DNA of 64,000 nt from Patescibacteria group bacterium. Lineage in GTDB: Bacteria > Patescibacteriota > Microgenomatia > UBA8517. The notes under the pieces were generated by a model that ran no database searches, was not told the DNA's origin, and saw only the letters and a program-made list of their open reading frames with translations. The position numbers were made by a program, and so were the translations under genes. Every line of letters begins with the position of its first letter. Position 1 is the first letter of the stretch. The stretch is from assembly GCA_038061225.1 (NCBI GenBank), contig JBBTZT010000002.1:12655-76654 (forward strand), in the 5' to 3' direction. Positions 20,591-31,054 of the stretch are shown here, one piece after another.

Positions 20591-22678
20591 ATGGACAAGA
20601 CATATAATCACAAACTATACGAAGAAAAAATATACAAACAATGGGAAGATTCTGGTACATTTACTCCTGTAATTAATAATAAGAAAAAGCCTTTTACAAT
20701 AATTATGCCACCTCCAAACGCAAGTGACCCCTTGCACATTGGTCATGCAAGAGAAGTGTCAACACAAGACATACTGACGAGGTTCCATAGAATGATTGGA
20801 GATCCAACTCTTTGGCTTCCTGGCGCCGACCATGCGGGGATAGAAACACAATTTGTTTTTGAGCGAAAATTAAGAGAAAAAGGGCAAAGCCGTTTTGATT
20901 TTGACCGAGACACACTTTACCAAATGATTTGGGACGATGTTCAAAAAAATAAAGGTACGATGGAAAATCAGCTTAGGAGATTGGGTGCATCATGCGATTG
21001 GTCACGAAACAAATTCACACTAGACCCTGACATTGTCAAAATTGTCTATCAAACATTTAAAAATCTTTATGACGACAAGCTTATCTATAGAGGGAAAGGA
21101 CTTGTTAATTATTGTACTAAATGTGGGACGGGTTACTCTGAACTTGAAGTAGAACATATAGAGGAAACTGCAAAACTTTACTACATTAAATATGGTCCGT
21201 TTGTTCTAGCAACTACTCGCCCTGAAACTAAATTTGCAGATTCTGCTGTAGCCGTTCATCCAAAAGATAAAAGATACAAAAAATATATAGGCCAAGAAAT
21301 TGAAGTTGAAGGCTTATTGAGTAAATTTAAACTTAAAGTAATAAGTGACACTTATGTCGATCCTAAATTTGGAACTGGAGTTGTAAAAATTACCCCTTAC
21401 CACGATTTCAATGATTTTGAAGTTTGGGAAAGGCATAAAGATGAAATGCCAGAACCACGAGAGGTTATTGACAAACAAGGAAGACTAACAGAAATTGCTG
21501 GTAAATATGCCGGTATGAAAATTAAGGTAGCAAGAGAACTAATTGAAAATGATTTGAGGGAAAAAGGACTTTTAGAAAAAGTAATAGAAAACTACCCACA
21601 TACTGTGGGAGTTTGTTACAGGTGTAAAACAGTTTTAGAACCAATACCTTCTGAGCAGTGGTATATAAGTGTCAAATCTCTTACTACAAAGGCTTTAAAA
21701 TCTATAAAGAGTAAAAAAATAAAATTTGTTGCAAAAAAGTATGAAAAGATTGCAAATCATTGGCTTAGAAATTTAAAAGACTGGAATATAAGTCGTCAGA
21801 TAGTATGGGGAATAAGGATTCCGGCATGGCAAAATAAAAACAATGATGAATGGCTAATAACTAATGGTGAGGAGCCAAAAGGAAAAGAATGGATTCAAGA
21901 TATTGATACTTTTGATACATGGTTCTCCTCAAGTCAGTGGCCATTTGCAACACTTCAAACAACAAAGACTGGTGATTTTGATTATTTTTATCCGACTTCA
22001 GTTATGGATCCTTCATATGATATCTTGCCATTTTGGGTTATAAGAATGATAATGCTAGGGCTTTACAAAACAAAAAATGTGCCATTTACTGATGTACTTT
22101 TACATGGCCTAGTAAGAGATAAAAATGGGGTAAAAATCAGTAAGTCTAAAGGCAATGTTATTGATCCGATTGAAATGGTTGATAAATATGGTGCGGATGC
22201 TCTTAGAGTTGCCTTAGTTAGAGGGGTACAAGTAGAAAATGATAATTCACTTTCAGAAGAAAGTATAAACGGCCAAAAAAAATTCTCTAATAAGATCTGG
22301 AATGCTACAAGATTTGTAAAAGAATTCGCCAATGATTGTAAGGACGACAAAGAATTTAATAAATATTATTTGCAAGAATTACCAAAACAGATTACAAATT
22401 TACTTGAAAAATATAAAATTGGTTTAGCCACTGAAGAACTTTATAATACTTTTTGGCACAAATTTTGCGATATTGAAATAGAAAGAGCAAAAAAAGGAGA
22501 GATAAGTTCAAAACAATTAAAAATTGCATTACAGACATTGCTTAAACTTCTTCATCCTTTTATGCCTTTTGTAACTGAGGTTTGTTGGAAAGAACTAGGA
22601 AATGAGGATTTACTAATCACTAGTAAATGGCCTAGTATTAGTAATGCAAAAGGAGTTAAACAATCTTCTCATTATTAA
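20591..22678 (+). CDS. valS: Valyl-tRNA synthetase, C-terminally minimal (695 aa)
   Basis: PPPNASDPLHIGHA (HIGH), KISKSKGN (KMSKS) and DWNISRQIVWGIRIPAW, which resembles the ValRS WCISRQ...WGHRIPAW motif. Confidence 0.8.
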   Translation: MDKTYNHKLYEEKIYKQWEDSGTFTPVINNKKKPFTIIMPPPNASDPLHIGHAREVSTQDILTRFHRMIGDPTLWLPGADHAGIETQFVFERKLREKGQSRFDFDRDTLYQMIWDDVQKNKGTMENQLRRLGASCDWSRNKFTLDPDIVKIVYQTFKNLYDDKLIYRGKGLVNYCTKCGTGYSELEVEHIEETAKLYYIKYGPFVLATTRPETKFADSAVAVHPKDKRYKKYIGQEIEVEGLLSKFKLKVISDTYVDPKFGTGVVKITPYHDFNDFEVWERHKDEMPEPREVIDKQGRLTEIAGKYAGMKIKVARELIENDLREKGLLEKVIENYPHTVGVCYRCKTVLEPIPSEQWYISVKSLTTKALKSIKSKKIKFVAKKYEKIANHWLRNLKDWNISRQIVWGIRIPAWQNKNNDEWLITNGEEPKGKEWIQDIDTFDTWFSSSQWPFATLQTTKTGDFDYFYPTSVMDPSYDILPFWVIRMIMLGLYKTKNVPFTDVLLHGLVRDKNGVKISKSKGNVIDPIEMVDKYGADALRVALVRGVQVENDNSLSEESINGQKKFSNKIWNATRFVKEFANDCKDDKEFNKYYLQELPKQITNLLEKYKIGLATEELYNTFWHKFCDIEIERAKKGEISSKQLKIALQTLLKLLHPFMPFVTEVCWKELGNEDLLITSKWPSISNAKGVKQSSHY

Positions 22679-22845
22679 TTTAGTAATAATTGTTTTACTT
22701 CTCTCAATTTTTAATCTTCAATCACTTAAGAAAAATGAAATTAAAGTTCTTGGAACAACAATAGACAATTCTTTTTGGGAGGAAATGATCAAAAATCACC
22801 CAACTTATAGAGACGCTTGGGTCGAACTTGGAAGAATGGATATGG

Positions 22846-23508
22846 TTAGGCAGATTGATCCGAATTACCATCAGCTTCCTTAACTTCTTCTCCATCAGCA
22901 GGTTTTTCACCTTCAACAGGGGCTTCACCTTCAGCTGGTACTTCTGCAGTTACTTCTACTACCTCTTCTTTAGTTGGTGGTTCAACTTTAATAACAATTG
23001 ATTCTAAATCGGTTTTAATCGCTACTTTTTTGTCTACCTTTAAATCTTTGACATAAATAGCTTGATCAACTTCCACTAAAATACTTGCATCTACTATAAT
23101 TTTTTCAGGCAAATCTGTTGGGAGCGCTTCAACTTCTATCTCATGTATTTGTTGTACAACGGTACCTAAATTTTGTTTCTCTGCAGGTGATTCACCTTCT
23201 ATTTCAATTGGAACCATGGCTTCGATTTTTTCTGTTAAGTCAACTTGTCTAAAATCAACATGGAGATATTCAGCAGATATTGGATCAACTTGTGTGTTAC
23301 TAACCAAAACAGGTTTACCTGTCAAATCTATAATTTGGGTTTCACCTGCTTTTTCAAAAACTTCAATGAATTCTTTATTGTCAACACTAATGGCTTCAGA
23401 TTTAATTTTTTTTCCAAAAATATTTGCAGGTATCTTACCCGCTTTTCTAAGTCTTTTGACTTTTCTTCCAAACAACTCCCTTTTTTCTGATTTAAGTGTA
23501 ATTTTCAT
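22846..23508 (-). CDS. rplY: Ribosomal protein L25/Ctc with acidic C-terminal extension
   Basis: N-terminus MKITLKSEKRELFGRKVKRLRKAGKIPANIFG, followed by an E/A-rich tail. Confidence 0.75.
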   Translation of the reverse strand: MKITLKSEKRELFGRKVKRLRKAGKIPANIFGKKIKSEAISVDNKEFIEVFEKAGETQIIDLTGKPVLVSNTQVDPISAEYLHVDFRQVDLTEKIEAMVPIEIEGESPAEKQNLGTVVQQIHEIEVEALPTDLPEKIIVDASILVEVDQAIYVKDLKVDKKVAIKTDLESIVIKVEPPTKEEVVEVTAEVPAEGEAPVEGEKPADGEEVKEADGNSDQSA

Positions 23509-23523
23509 GGCGTTAGCTGAATC

Positions 23524-26058
23524 TTATTTAAAAAATAGTCTAGCCCTAAAATTCTTGGCTAGTGTTGTATTATAGACCGAAAGGTTTCTTCCCGTCAATA
23601 CAAGATTTGTTGTCTTTATATTTATTGTTAAATTGTCCTCTTCTGTACCTGCTTGTTTTATTATATTTAGGTTGTATTCTCCACCTTGAGAAAATTTATT
23701 ATCAAAAATACTCCACACAATTTGTATTCTCTTTTGAGTACCAGGTAATATCTCAAATAAAAACCCTACTTCAACTCTTGTTTCCATATTATTAATATCA
23801 TACTCAAGTTCTTTATATGTACCATTGGTTTCATATATTCTAACCCCAGCCAATTTAGTATTTAAGGGTAACAAAATTCTAGCGTAGTTTTTATAAACAC
23901 CCGATTTTCCAACAGCAGGACTGGCGGAGTTTTCATAAGTAACAAATAATTCATGACTTATAATTTCCTTTGAAACAGAAAGGTTTAATTCCTGTGACCT
24001 CTTGATGAAAAGGTTTGATTTGTTTACCCCTAAATTTGCATCTATCAAAGAATAACCATCTTTTAAACATCGTTGACCGCAAGTGGTATCTAAATTTATT
24101 TCTCCAGAATAGCCTAAGTTTGAGATTGCTTCTTGAGCATTAACATCGTGCAAATAAATTTGTAAATGTTTTCTATCCAAGCTTTGATAGATTTTTCTGA
24201 AAAGGTTTAGGTGTTTGTCACTTTTTAAATTTTCTATTTCAGAAATAATATTTCTTGAAAGAGAGGTTAAGATGCTTGCTTTTTTGATTGAACCTGGGAA
24301 AAAATCATCTTCTACTTCTGATTGAACAGTCTGATATAAATTGTTTGAATCAATTGTCAAGCCAAAATCAGATAAATTTATTGGTCCAGTTACTTCAAGT
24401 AAATTTTTTACAAAATTTAGGTCTATTGCAATTACACCATCAAATTTTTCATTTAATTCTTTATCCAAAAACCATTCTGCTTTGACAGCAGAGACAGAAA
24501 AATCTGGATCCCAATTGGAATCACGTAAAAACCAACCACCTTCTCCTAAATACTTTCTTATTGGCTCAGGTGGATCTACATGACCTTTTAACTGTCCATC
24601 TGCAGTATAAACATCGTTTACTACAATTTCTGCCAACCTTCCTTTATCAAAAGTCATTATGGCATAAGAACCAATAAATCCTCCTGTGGGACGTAGTTCC
24701 ATGTTATTTTGGAAAAGGAATAGATATTTTTGTGGTTTTTCATTACCTAATAAAATCGAAATTCTTGAGAAAAAGTTCTTAAGAGAATATATTTTGCTTT
24801 TGTATTCACCTATGTCTATGTTTCTATTTGATAAATTGTTTCTTAAAAGTTTTCCCAAAAATCCATCGAGTTCTATTACATCACTTTGAAGAAAACTTAT
24901 TTCTGTGTGAATTTTATCTAAACTTGCTGAGATATTGTTTGAATAAGATGATAAATCATAAATCTCATCTCCTGTAATTTTATTTACAAAATCATCAGTT
25001 GTACTAATTAATATTTGTGCTTCTCTTCCGAGTAATGATAATTTATAGGTAATGTTTGAGGTATCATATATAAAATTGTTTCCAAAACTTAAATTTTTAG
25101 CCATATTTGAGATTTCTGAACTTTGTTTAATCAAAATCTTTGATAGTTTATTATTACTAAACATTGTTTTTGTTGAAACAAAAAGTAAAAATGATGAAAG
25201 AGCAGTTAAAACAAAAGGTATTAAATAAATAGATATTAAAAGAATACTTATTTTTAACATTTTTTTGTATTTTATCGAAGGAGTTTTTTTTACAGATTTT
25301 TTTGACAGCTCAATTTCAGGAATTATCAAACTCTTTTTAACAATAGTGTCGGTGGTGGAAGCAAAATATTTTTTTGTATTATTAACAGCCAAACTTAATG
25401 AATAATCAACATCTATTGAAGCAGAATAATATAACTCCACCAAATCTGATTCTTCTGGTGTTTCAATTATATTTAAGTTTTCAACTCCCAAGTATTTAGT
25501 AACAAAAATTCTTTTACTCTTTTTGGGACCATTAAGTACAATTATTTGTCCTGATACTCCAAATGAAAAGGTATCTCTTACTATTCTCTCTACAAGTTTA
25601 TTAATAGAAACGGTGTTTATTAAAAAATTATCTTTCTTAATTTTTACCCTTTCACTTAAAATAGATTGCATTATTAAATCGTGAGATAAACAGTCTGGAT
25701 TATTTTTTACGTTGTTTCCTAAAACATCTGGAACAAGAAGGACTCCAAGGTTTTGGTTTGATTCAATTAGTTTTAAAATTTCAGAATCTGAAACAAATTT
25801 TTGATTCTTTCTTACAAAGAGTGGATGTAAAACTAATATTTTACATTCTAAATCTTTTATATTTTGATAGATACTTGATAATTTATCATTTAAATCAAGT
25901 AAGTTAATAATCAGATAATTAAAACTCGAAGTGTTAATATTTTCAAAATCATTAAAAATTTTTACATCTAAATATTTCTCTCTAAATTTTTCTTCAAGTT
26001 TTAAGGATAAAGCATTTTTTTGAGAATATATTCCAACTATTCCATCGTAATCCTTCAT
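23524..26058 (-). CDS. Large membrane-anchored protein with DUF4012-like C-terminal domain
   Basis: Central TM. The segment QNNMELRPTGGFIGSYAIMTFDKGRLAEIVVNDVYTADGQL resembles DUF4012 proteins, which are found in polysaccharide loci. Confidence 0.4.
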   Translation of the reverse strand: MKDYDGIVGIYSQKNALSLKLEEKFREKYLDVKIFNDFENINTSSFNYLIINLLDLNDKLSSIYQNIKDLECKILVLHPLFVRKNQKFVSDSEILKLIESNQNLGVLLVPDVLGNNVKNNPDCLSHDLIMQSILSERVKIKKDNFLINTVSINKLVERIVRDTFSFGVSGQIIVLNGPKKSKRIFVTKYLGVENLNIIETPEESDLVELYYSASIDVDYSLSLAVNNTKKYFASTTDTIVKKSLIIPEIELSKKSVKKTPSIKYKKMLKISILLISIYLIPFVLTALSSFLLFVSTKTMFSNNKLSKILIKQSSEISNMAKNLSFGNNFIYDTSNITYKLSLLGREAQILISTTDDFVNKITGDEIYDLSSYSNNISASLDKIHTEISFLQSDVIELDGFLGKLLRNNLSNRNIDIGEYKSKIYSLKNFFSRISILLGNEKPQKYLFLFQNNMELRPTGGFIGSYAIMTFDKGRLAEIVVNDVYTADGQLKGHVDPPEPIRKYLGEGGWFLRDSNWDPDFSVSAVKAEWFLDKELNEKFDGVIAIDLNFVKNLLEVTGPINLSDFGLTIDSNNLYQTVQSEVEDDFFPGSIKKASILTSLSRNIISEIENLKSDKHLNLFRKIYQSLDRKHLQIYLHDVNAQEAISNLGYSGEINLDTTCGQRCLKDGYSLIDANLGVNKSNLFIKRSQELNLSVSKEIISHELFVTYENSASPAVGKSGVYKNYARILLPLNTKLAGVRIYETNGTYKELEYDINNMETRVEVGFLFEILPGTQKRIQIVWSIFDNKFSQGGEYNLNIIKQAGTEEDNLTINIKTTNLVLTGRNLSVYNTTLAKNFRARLFFK

Positions 26059-26125
26059 ATTATATTCATTGTAGTTCAGAATAGAAAGTCATGCAATTTT
26101 TTACCGCAGCGATTAAAAACTGTTA

Positions 26126-26554
26126 TCAAAAATTGTTTTCTATTTTCCCGTTGAGGTCTAATTCTTCATTCACCAAATCATCAGCCAAAGTGTTCTTGGT
26201 TCTATAATCCCACTGAAACTTAATTGATAAAGAAGAATTAAGAATTAAGAATTTTATTTGATTAAATAAAATTTTTAATTTTGGGTTTTTAACTTTATAA
26301 AAACCTTTAAGCTGTCTTTCAATAAGTTGAGAGTCAAGATTAATAACGACAGGCGAAAAGTGATTAGTGGTTGGTGATTGGTGAGTAAGCCATTCAATCG
26401 CCATTAACACTGCTGTGTATTCAGCAACGTTGTTTGTCTCCATACCTAAAAACTTACTTTCTTTGTAAATTGTTTTTCCATTTTCAGTCACAACAATGGC
26501 TGAAGCTGCAGGTCCTGGATTACCTCTTGAACCACCATCGCAATATATAATCAT
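26126..26554 (-). CDS. rnhA: Ribonuclease HI
   Basis: IIYCDGGSRGNPGPAASAIVV...ETNNVAEYTAVLMAIEW and a C-terminal D...D. Confidence 0.8.
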   Translation of the reverse strand: MIIYCDGGSRGNPGPAASAIVVTENGKTIYKESKFLGMETNNVAEYTAVLMAIEWLTHQSPTTNHFSPVVINLDSQLIERQLKGFYKVKNPKLKILFNQIKFLILNSSLSIKFQWDYRTKNTLADDLVNEELDLNGKIENNF

Positions 26555-26568
26555 AATTTGCTATAGAA

Positions 26569-27666
26569 TTATATATGATTTTTTTTGTTTTTTCTTGCTA
26601 TTATTAGAGTGAAAACAAACAATAAAATGTTTTGTTGAAGTGTAAGCCAATAATGATCTGACATTCCAGTTATTAAAATTGCAATTAGTGGGTAATTTAG
26701 AATTGTTAAATTTTTAATTATTATAAGTAAAAACATTAGAAACCCAATTATTCCAGTTTCTGAAAAAAGAAGTAAAAAAATATTATGAACGGGTTGAAGT
26801 TCCCAAGAATTAAGATAAGTATTACTAACTTTAACTAAGTTGGGAATAAAATTATTAAGTCCTACTCCATACCAAAAATTCTCCTTTATCATTATGAGAG
26901 CGGATTTTATTAATTCCAAACGGTGAACAATATATCTCGCATTAAAATCTATTAGAATCAATGACAAACTTTTTACTTTATTAAATTTAATTAACAAAAG
27001 CATCGCAATTGTTATATAGACATTTAACGAACTAGTTAAAATTAAATTTATAATGACTAAAATAAAAAGAGTCCAAAAATATTTCTGCCTAAATTTTTTC
27101 TTAAATTCTAATAAAAATATTGAAAAAACAAGCAAGAATCCTGCAAAAGAATTTGGGTGAGAGAAAAAAGAATAAGGGTAAGAAGCTATGTTTGGTGCTC
27201 CAAAAGCAAAGGCTCTTTCACCAAAATAATAAAAAAATCCTCCTATCGAACCACCTTTTAAAAACTGTAATATCCCTAAAATAGATGCTATAAAAACTGA
27301 ATAGGAGAGTGGTTTAACAAAATTTCTAAAAACATCAAATTTTTTAGTGTTAATAATAACCAAACCTAAAACTATCATCTCAGTAACCCTAATCCAGCGA
27401 TAGGCACTCGGCACTAGATAACTAGAGATTAGTATATTTGAAACCGCAAATCCTATATACAAAATACAATATACAATATGTTTTCGATTAAATTTAATAT
27501 TTTTAAACCCTAAAACAATTATTAATAAAACAACAATGTCTGTTAAATATAGGGTTGGAATTAAATAATCTATTCTAAAGCCGTAGACCACAGATGACAA
27601 GCTATTGACATGTAAGGCAAGTTGCGTAGGGAGTAAAAAAGATAATAATGATATTAATGTCAGCAC
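26569..27666 (-). CDS. Polytopic membrane protein, possibly O-antigen ligase/Wzy-like
   Basis: About 10 hydrophobic helices and one larger loop. No diagnostic motif. Confidence 0.35.
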   Translation of the reverse strand: MLTLISLLSFLLPTQLALHVNSLSSVVYGFRIDYLIPTLYLTDIVVLLIIVLGFKNIKFNRKHIVYCILYIGFAVSNILISSYLVPSAYRWIRVTEMIVLGLVIINTKKFDVFRNFVKPLSYSVFIASILGILQFLKGGSIGGFFYYFGERAFAFGAPNIASYPYSFFSHPNSFAGFLLVFSIFLLEFKKKFRQKYFWTLFILVIINLILTSSLNVYITIAMLLLIKFNKVKSLSLILIDFNARYIVHRLELIKSALIMIKENFWYGVGLNNFIPNLVKVSNTYLNSWELQPVHNIFLLLFSETGIIGFLMFLLIIIKNLTILNYPLIAILITGMSDHYWLTLQQNILLFVFTLIIARKNKKNHI

Positions 27667-27667
27667 A

Positions 27668-28114
27668 TTACTTAGGTTTGATTACTAGATATCTTTCAGG
27701 TTCAAGACCACTAGATTCTGTCGTTACGTCGTTTCGGTCTGCGAGATGCATATGAACAGCACGCCTTTGGCCTGCCGTCAAATTATAAATGGGTTGGGGT
27801 TCTTTGGTTTCAATTGCCCTATCCGCTGATTGATTAGCAAGCTCTTTTAGTTTTTCTTCTTGTTTTTCTCTATAATCTCCAACATTAACAATTAGTCTGT
27901 ACCACTCTCCTGTTTGGCCTTTAAGCATTATTCCTAACACTGTTTGGATAGCATTTATATTCTCACCCCTAAAACCAATTAAAAGTCCTGTTTCGTCTTC
28001 TGTAGAAAGGTTGACTTCATAAGTAGATTCACCCAAATCAACCACTTCAATTTCAGCGGTTATACCTGCAAGTGTTAGAAGTTTTTCAGTTAATATTTTT
28101 ATTTGATCATTCAC
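27668..28114 (-). CDS. jag: Jag/KhpB-like KH + R3H RNA-binding protein
   Basis: R3H element LTAGQRRAVHMHLA. Located directly downstream of yidC. Confidence 0.7.
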   Translation of the reverse strand: MNDQIKILTEKLLTLAGITAEIEVVDLGESTYEVNLSTEDETGLLIGFRGENINAIQTVLGIMLKGQTGEWYRLIVNVGDYREKQEEKLKELANQSADRAIETKEPQPIYNLTAGQRRAVHMHLADRNDVTTESSGLEPERYLVIKPK

Positions 28115-28121
28115 AGGGTGA

Positions 28122-28934
28122 TTATATCAAACCTAAGCGAGTAACAAAAGGGGTAAGACCTCCCCATCCTGAAGATTTATATTGTTGATACATTTGAAAA
28201 ATAGAAAAAAGCAGCCAATACAAAGCAAGCCCTGATGGGAAACTAACGCCAAAAAATATAGTCATTAGAGGAAAGGTATAAACCATTGAAGACTGCATGG
28301 CAACGGCAACATCGTCTGCATGACCTTTTGTTTCTTTTGCAACTTTTTCTTCTTTCTTAACTAACGGTGCCATCATCTTAGCTGATAAAAACTGTAAAAG
28401 TCCAGCAAGTAAAATCATTGGTCCAGGGATTGGAAAAGGAATTCCATTAATATTAAAAATATCAGGCTTTCTTATGTCTAAATATAAAAACCTAGCATTA
28501 AGACTTGCATTTTCAGAAAACTTTAATGGAGTATATAAAATTTCGTTAAGTCTAAACATGGCGTCTCCATTTTGAGAAAGCACGTGGGTAAAAACATTAA
28601 ACAAGGCAATCATTATAACTATGTTTAGTATATATGGCAGGCAACCCGCAGAAGGATTAATTCCTTTCTGTTTATACAATTCTGTTTGGGCGACCACCAT
28701 TCCTTTTTGATCGTCTTTATGTTTTAATTTCAGTTTTTTAATCAAAGGTTCTACTTCTTTTATCTTCTTCATTGAAGCCATATATGGCTTTGTTAAAGGA
28801 TTTGTGGCAAACCGTAAAAATAAACTGAAGCCAATTATAGCAAGTCCCATGTTTTGCCATAACAAATTATAAAAAAATATCAACCCATTAGTTAAAGGTT
28901 GAATTAGTAATGTTGTAAAAATGTTCACCTGCAA
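28122..28934 (-). CDS. yidC: Membrane protein insertase YidC (short form)
   Basis: YidC/Oxa1 core GCLPYILNIVIMIALFNVF plus C-terminal helices. Conserved origin-region position. Confidence 0.8.
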   Translation of the reverse strand: MQVNIFTTLLIQPLTNGLIFFYNLLWQNMGLAIIGFSLFLRFATNPLTKPYMASMKKIKEVEPLIKKLKLKHKDDQKGMVVAQTELYKQKGINPSAGCLPYILNIVIMIALFNVFTHVLSQNGDAMFRLNEILYTPLKFSENASLNARFLYLDIRKPDIFNINGIPFPIPGPMILLAGLLQFLSAKMMAPLVKKEEKVAKETKGHADDVAVAMQSSMVYTFPLMTIFFGVSFPSGLALYWLLFSIFQMYQQYKSSGWGGLTPFVTRLGLI

Positions 28935-29104
28935 CTTATTATTCTTCTAACGGCCATTGGCACGCCTTTTATAATACCATACTTCTCAATTACATCTACA
29001 GTGTATTCAGAACATGTTGGGTTATATCTACATCCTCCTCCAGCAAACATAAATTTAAGAATTGGAGATAATGTTATTTTGTAAATTTTTAATAATAATT
29101 TCAT
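28925..29104 (-). CDS. yidD: Membrane protein insertion efficiency factor YidD (59 aa). It is absent from the ORF track and overlaps the rnpA 3' end.
   Basis: Hand translation of the minus strand gives MKLLLKIYKITLSPILKFMFAGGGCRYNPTCSEYTVDVIEKYGIIKGVPMAVRRIISCR*, with the CRYxPTCSxY signature. It lies between rnpA and yidC as in most bacteria. Confidence 0.7.
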   Translation of the reverse strand: MKLLLKIYKITLSPILKFMFAGGGCRYNPTCSEYTVDVIEKYGIIKGVPMAVRRIISCR

Positions 29105-29414
29105 ATGTTTCCCTTTCTAATGTTTCTTTTTCTATTTTAACAATTGAGGGCTTAATTAGAAACAACACATCGTGGCCATTTTTTAATTTTTCTAAATTTT
29201 TTCTAATTACATCTGACATTATCCTTTTAATTTTGTTTCTAACTACAGCAAGTTTGCTTATCTTTGTTGAAATTACAAAACCAAATTGAGAAGGATCTCC
29301 ATCTTTTCTATTGTAAACACCCATTCCAAAAGATTTTGATTGATGCATAGCACCATCTATCTCAATTCTAGCAAAATTTACTTTTTTCTTTAATCTATAT
29401 TTGGAACTAAGCAT
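29055..29414 (-). CDS. rnpA: RNase P protein component
   Basis: A basic 119-aa protein (RLKKKVNFARI...VVRNKIKR). Located downstream of rpmH. Confidence 0.8.
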   Translation of the reverse strand: MLSSKYRLKKKVNFARIEIDGAMHQSKSFGMGVYNRKDGDPSQFGFVISTKISKLAVVRNKIKRIMSDVIRKNLEKLKNGHDVLFLIKPSIVKIEKETLERETYEIIIKNLQNNIISNS

Positions 29415-29428
29415 GAATAAAATTATTC

Positions 29429-29572
29429 TTAGGCATTTACAAGATTTTTTCTTCCTTTTAATCTTCTTCTTTTTAAAACTTTCCTACCATCAGTAGAAGA
29501 ATTTCTTTTCATAAATCCAAATTTTTTAATTCTTTTTAGTTTGTGTGGTTGATATGTTCTTTTTGTCGCCAT
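29429..29572 (-). CDS. rpmH: Ribosomal protein L34 (47 aa). It is absent from the ORF track.
   Basis: Hand translation gives [47 protein letters not shown]. This is the classical L34 directly upstream of rnpA. Confidence 0.8.
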   Translation of the reverse strand: MATKRTYQPHKLKRIKKFGFMKRNSSTDGRKVLKRRRLKGRKNLVNA

Positions 29573-29608
29573 GCGATTATTTTACCATACTTTTTGACTA
29601 TTGCATAT

Positions 29609-29662
29609 TGTGGATAACTTTCATAATATGGAGATTCTTCTGCCCTAGATATTTTATCCATG
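29609..29662. promoter_or_regulatory. DnaA boxes in the rpmH-dnaA intergenic region (dnaA promoter / autoregulation)
   Basis: A perfect TGTGGATAA (reverse complement of TTATCCACA) at 29609-29617. A TTATCCATG overlaps the dnaA start codon at 29654-29662. Confidence 0.6.
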
Positions 29663-31030
29663 GAAAAACAAAACTACGACAAAACTTGGAGAGATGTTTT
29701 AGAAACATTAAAAATATCTGTTTCTGATGCTGCTTTTAAAACATATTTATCTCATACACATTTAGTTGATATAAAAGAAATAGGAGAAAGAGTTATTGCC
29801 CAAGTTGGTTGTGAATCTATCTTTATCAAACAACAGGTTGAACAAAGATATTCAGGAATACTACAAGACACATTAACAAAACAATTTGAAAAAATAGTTG
29901 ATATTGTTTTTATAGTAAAAGCATCTCACCAATCACCAATCACTAGCCACAAAACACCTTCACCATTGTTTGACCAACCAAAAATAAACCAGGAGGAAAT
30001 AAACGAGGCTGTTAAAAAAGCCCATCTTAGGCTTCCTTTCACTTTTGACAAATTTGCAGTTTCTGGGTCTAATCAAATGGCCTATGCAGCTGCCCAAGCT
30101 GTTGCAGAAAAACCAGGATCTTCATATAACCCTTTGTTTATTTGGGGTGGGGTGGGGGTAGGAAAAACTCATTTAATGCACGCTGTGGGACATGAAATGA
30201 TTGTTAAAAAAACTGGTTCAAAAATTTTAGCTTGCACAGCAGAGGATTTTACAAATGACATTGTTGATGGAATAAGAAACAAGTCAACAGCAGAAGTTAG
30301 AAAAAAGTACAGAAAACTTGATGCTTTGTTTGTTGACGATATTCAGTTTATTGCAGGTAAAGATACTGCTCAAGAAGAGTTTTTTCACACCTTTAATGCT
30401 GTTACTTCTGCGGGGGGGCAGGTAATACTTACCTCAGACAAAAAGCCAACTGAAATTTCAAAACTAGAAGATAGATTAAAAACCAGATTTCAAGCAGGAT
30501 TAATTGTCGATGTGTCCCCACCAGATTTTGAACTTAGGTCTGCAATAGTACAAATTAAATCAGAGGAAAGAGGAATAATTCTTACCAACGAAATGGTTTC
30601 AATGATTGCTGGAAACATTGATTCAGCCAGAGGAATACAAGGATATTTAGTAAAGCTGTTTACCGAAGTAAATTTTAACAAAAAGGAAGTAACAAATGAA
30701 TTAATAGAATATCTTTTGGGTAAAACAAATGAAGCAGATTATGAAAAAATTAAAATAAACCCAGAAGACTTGATAAATAAAATTGCTAAATATTATTCAC
30801 TGGGGAAAAGACAGCTATTAGGAGACTCAAGAGCCCTGCCTGTAGTAAGACCGAGACAAATTTTAATGTATCTTTTAAGAAAACAGGTTGGGCTACCTCT
30901 TCAAGAGGTTGGTAGGGTGGTAGGGAGAGACCATTCTACGGTAATGAGTGCTGTGGAAAAAATAACTAATTTACTCTCAACTAATGTGGATATTCAAGAG
31001 GATATTATGGGGATAAAAAAATCCCTTTGA
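29660..31030 (+). CDS. dnaA: Chromosomal replication initiator DnaA
   Basis: AAA+ Walker A GGVGVGKTHL, Walker B LFVDDIQF, and a C-terminal DNA-binding helix (VGRDHSTVMSAVEKI). Confidence 0.95.
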   Translation: MEKQNYDKTWRDVLETLKISVSDAAFKTYLSHTHLVDIKEIGERVIAQVGCESIFIKQQVEQRYSGILQDTLTKQFEKIVDIVFIVKASHQSPITSHKTPSPLFDQPKINQEEINEAVKKAHLRLPFTFDKFAVSGSNQMAYAAAQAVAEKPGSSYNPLFIWGGVGVGKTHLMHAVGHEMIVKKTGSKILACTAEDFTNDIVDGIRNKSTAEVRKKYRKLDALFVDDIQFIAGKDTAQEEFFHTFNAVTSAGGQVILTSDKKPTEISKLEDRLKTRFQAGLIVDVSPPDFELRSAIVQIKSEERGIILTNEMVSMIAGNIDSARGIQGYLVKLFTEVNFNKKEVTNELIEYLLGKTNEADYEKIKINPEDLINKIAKYYSLGKRQLLGDSRALPVVRPRQILMYLLRKQVGLPLQEVGRVVGRDHSTVMSAVEKITNLLSTNVDIQEDIMGIKKSL

Positions 31031-31054
31031 TGATAATTCTTTAAAGTTGTCAAC

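Noticed and set aside
22644-22928. ORFs 22644..22883(+) and 22722..22928(-) in the valS-rplY spacer
   Set aside because: The first overlaps the valS 3' end and the second overlaps the rplY 3' end. There is no motif. A small membrane peptide is possible, but support is insufficient.
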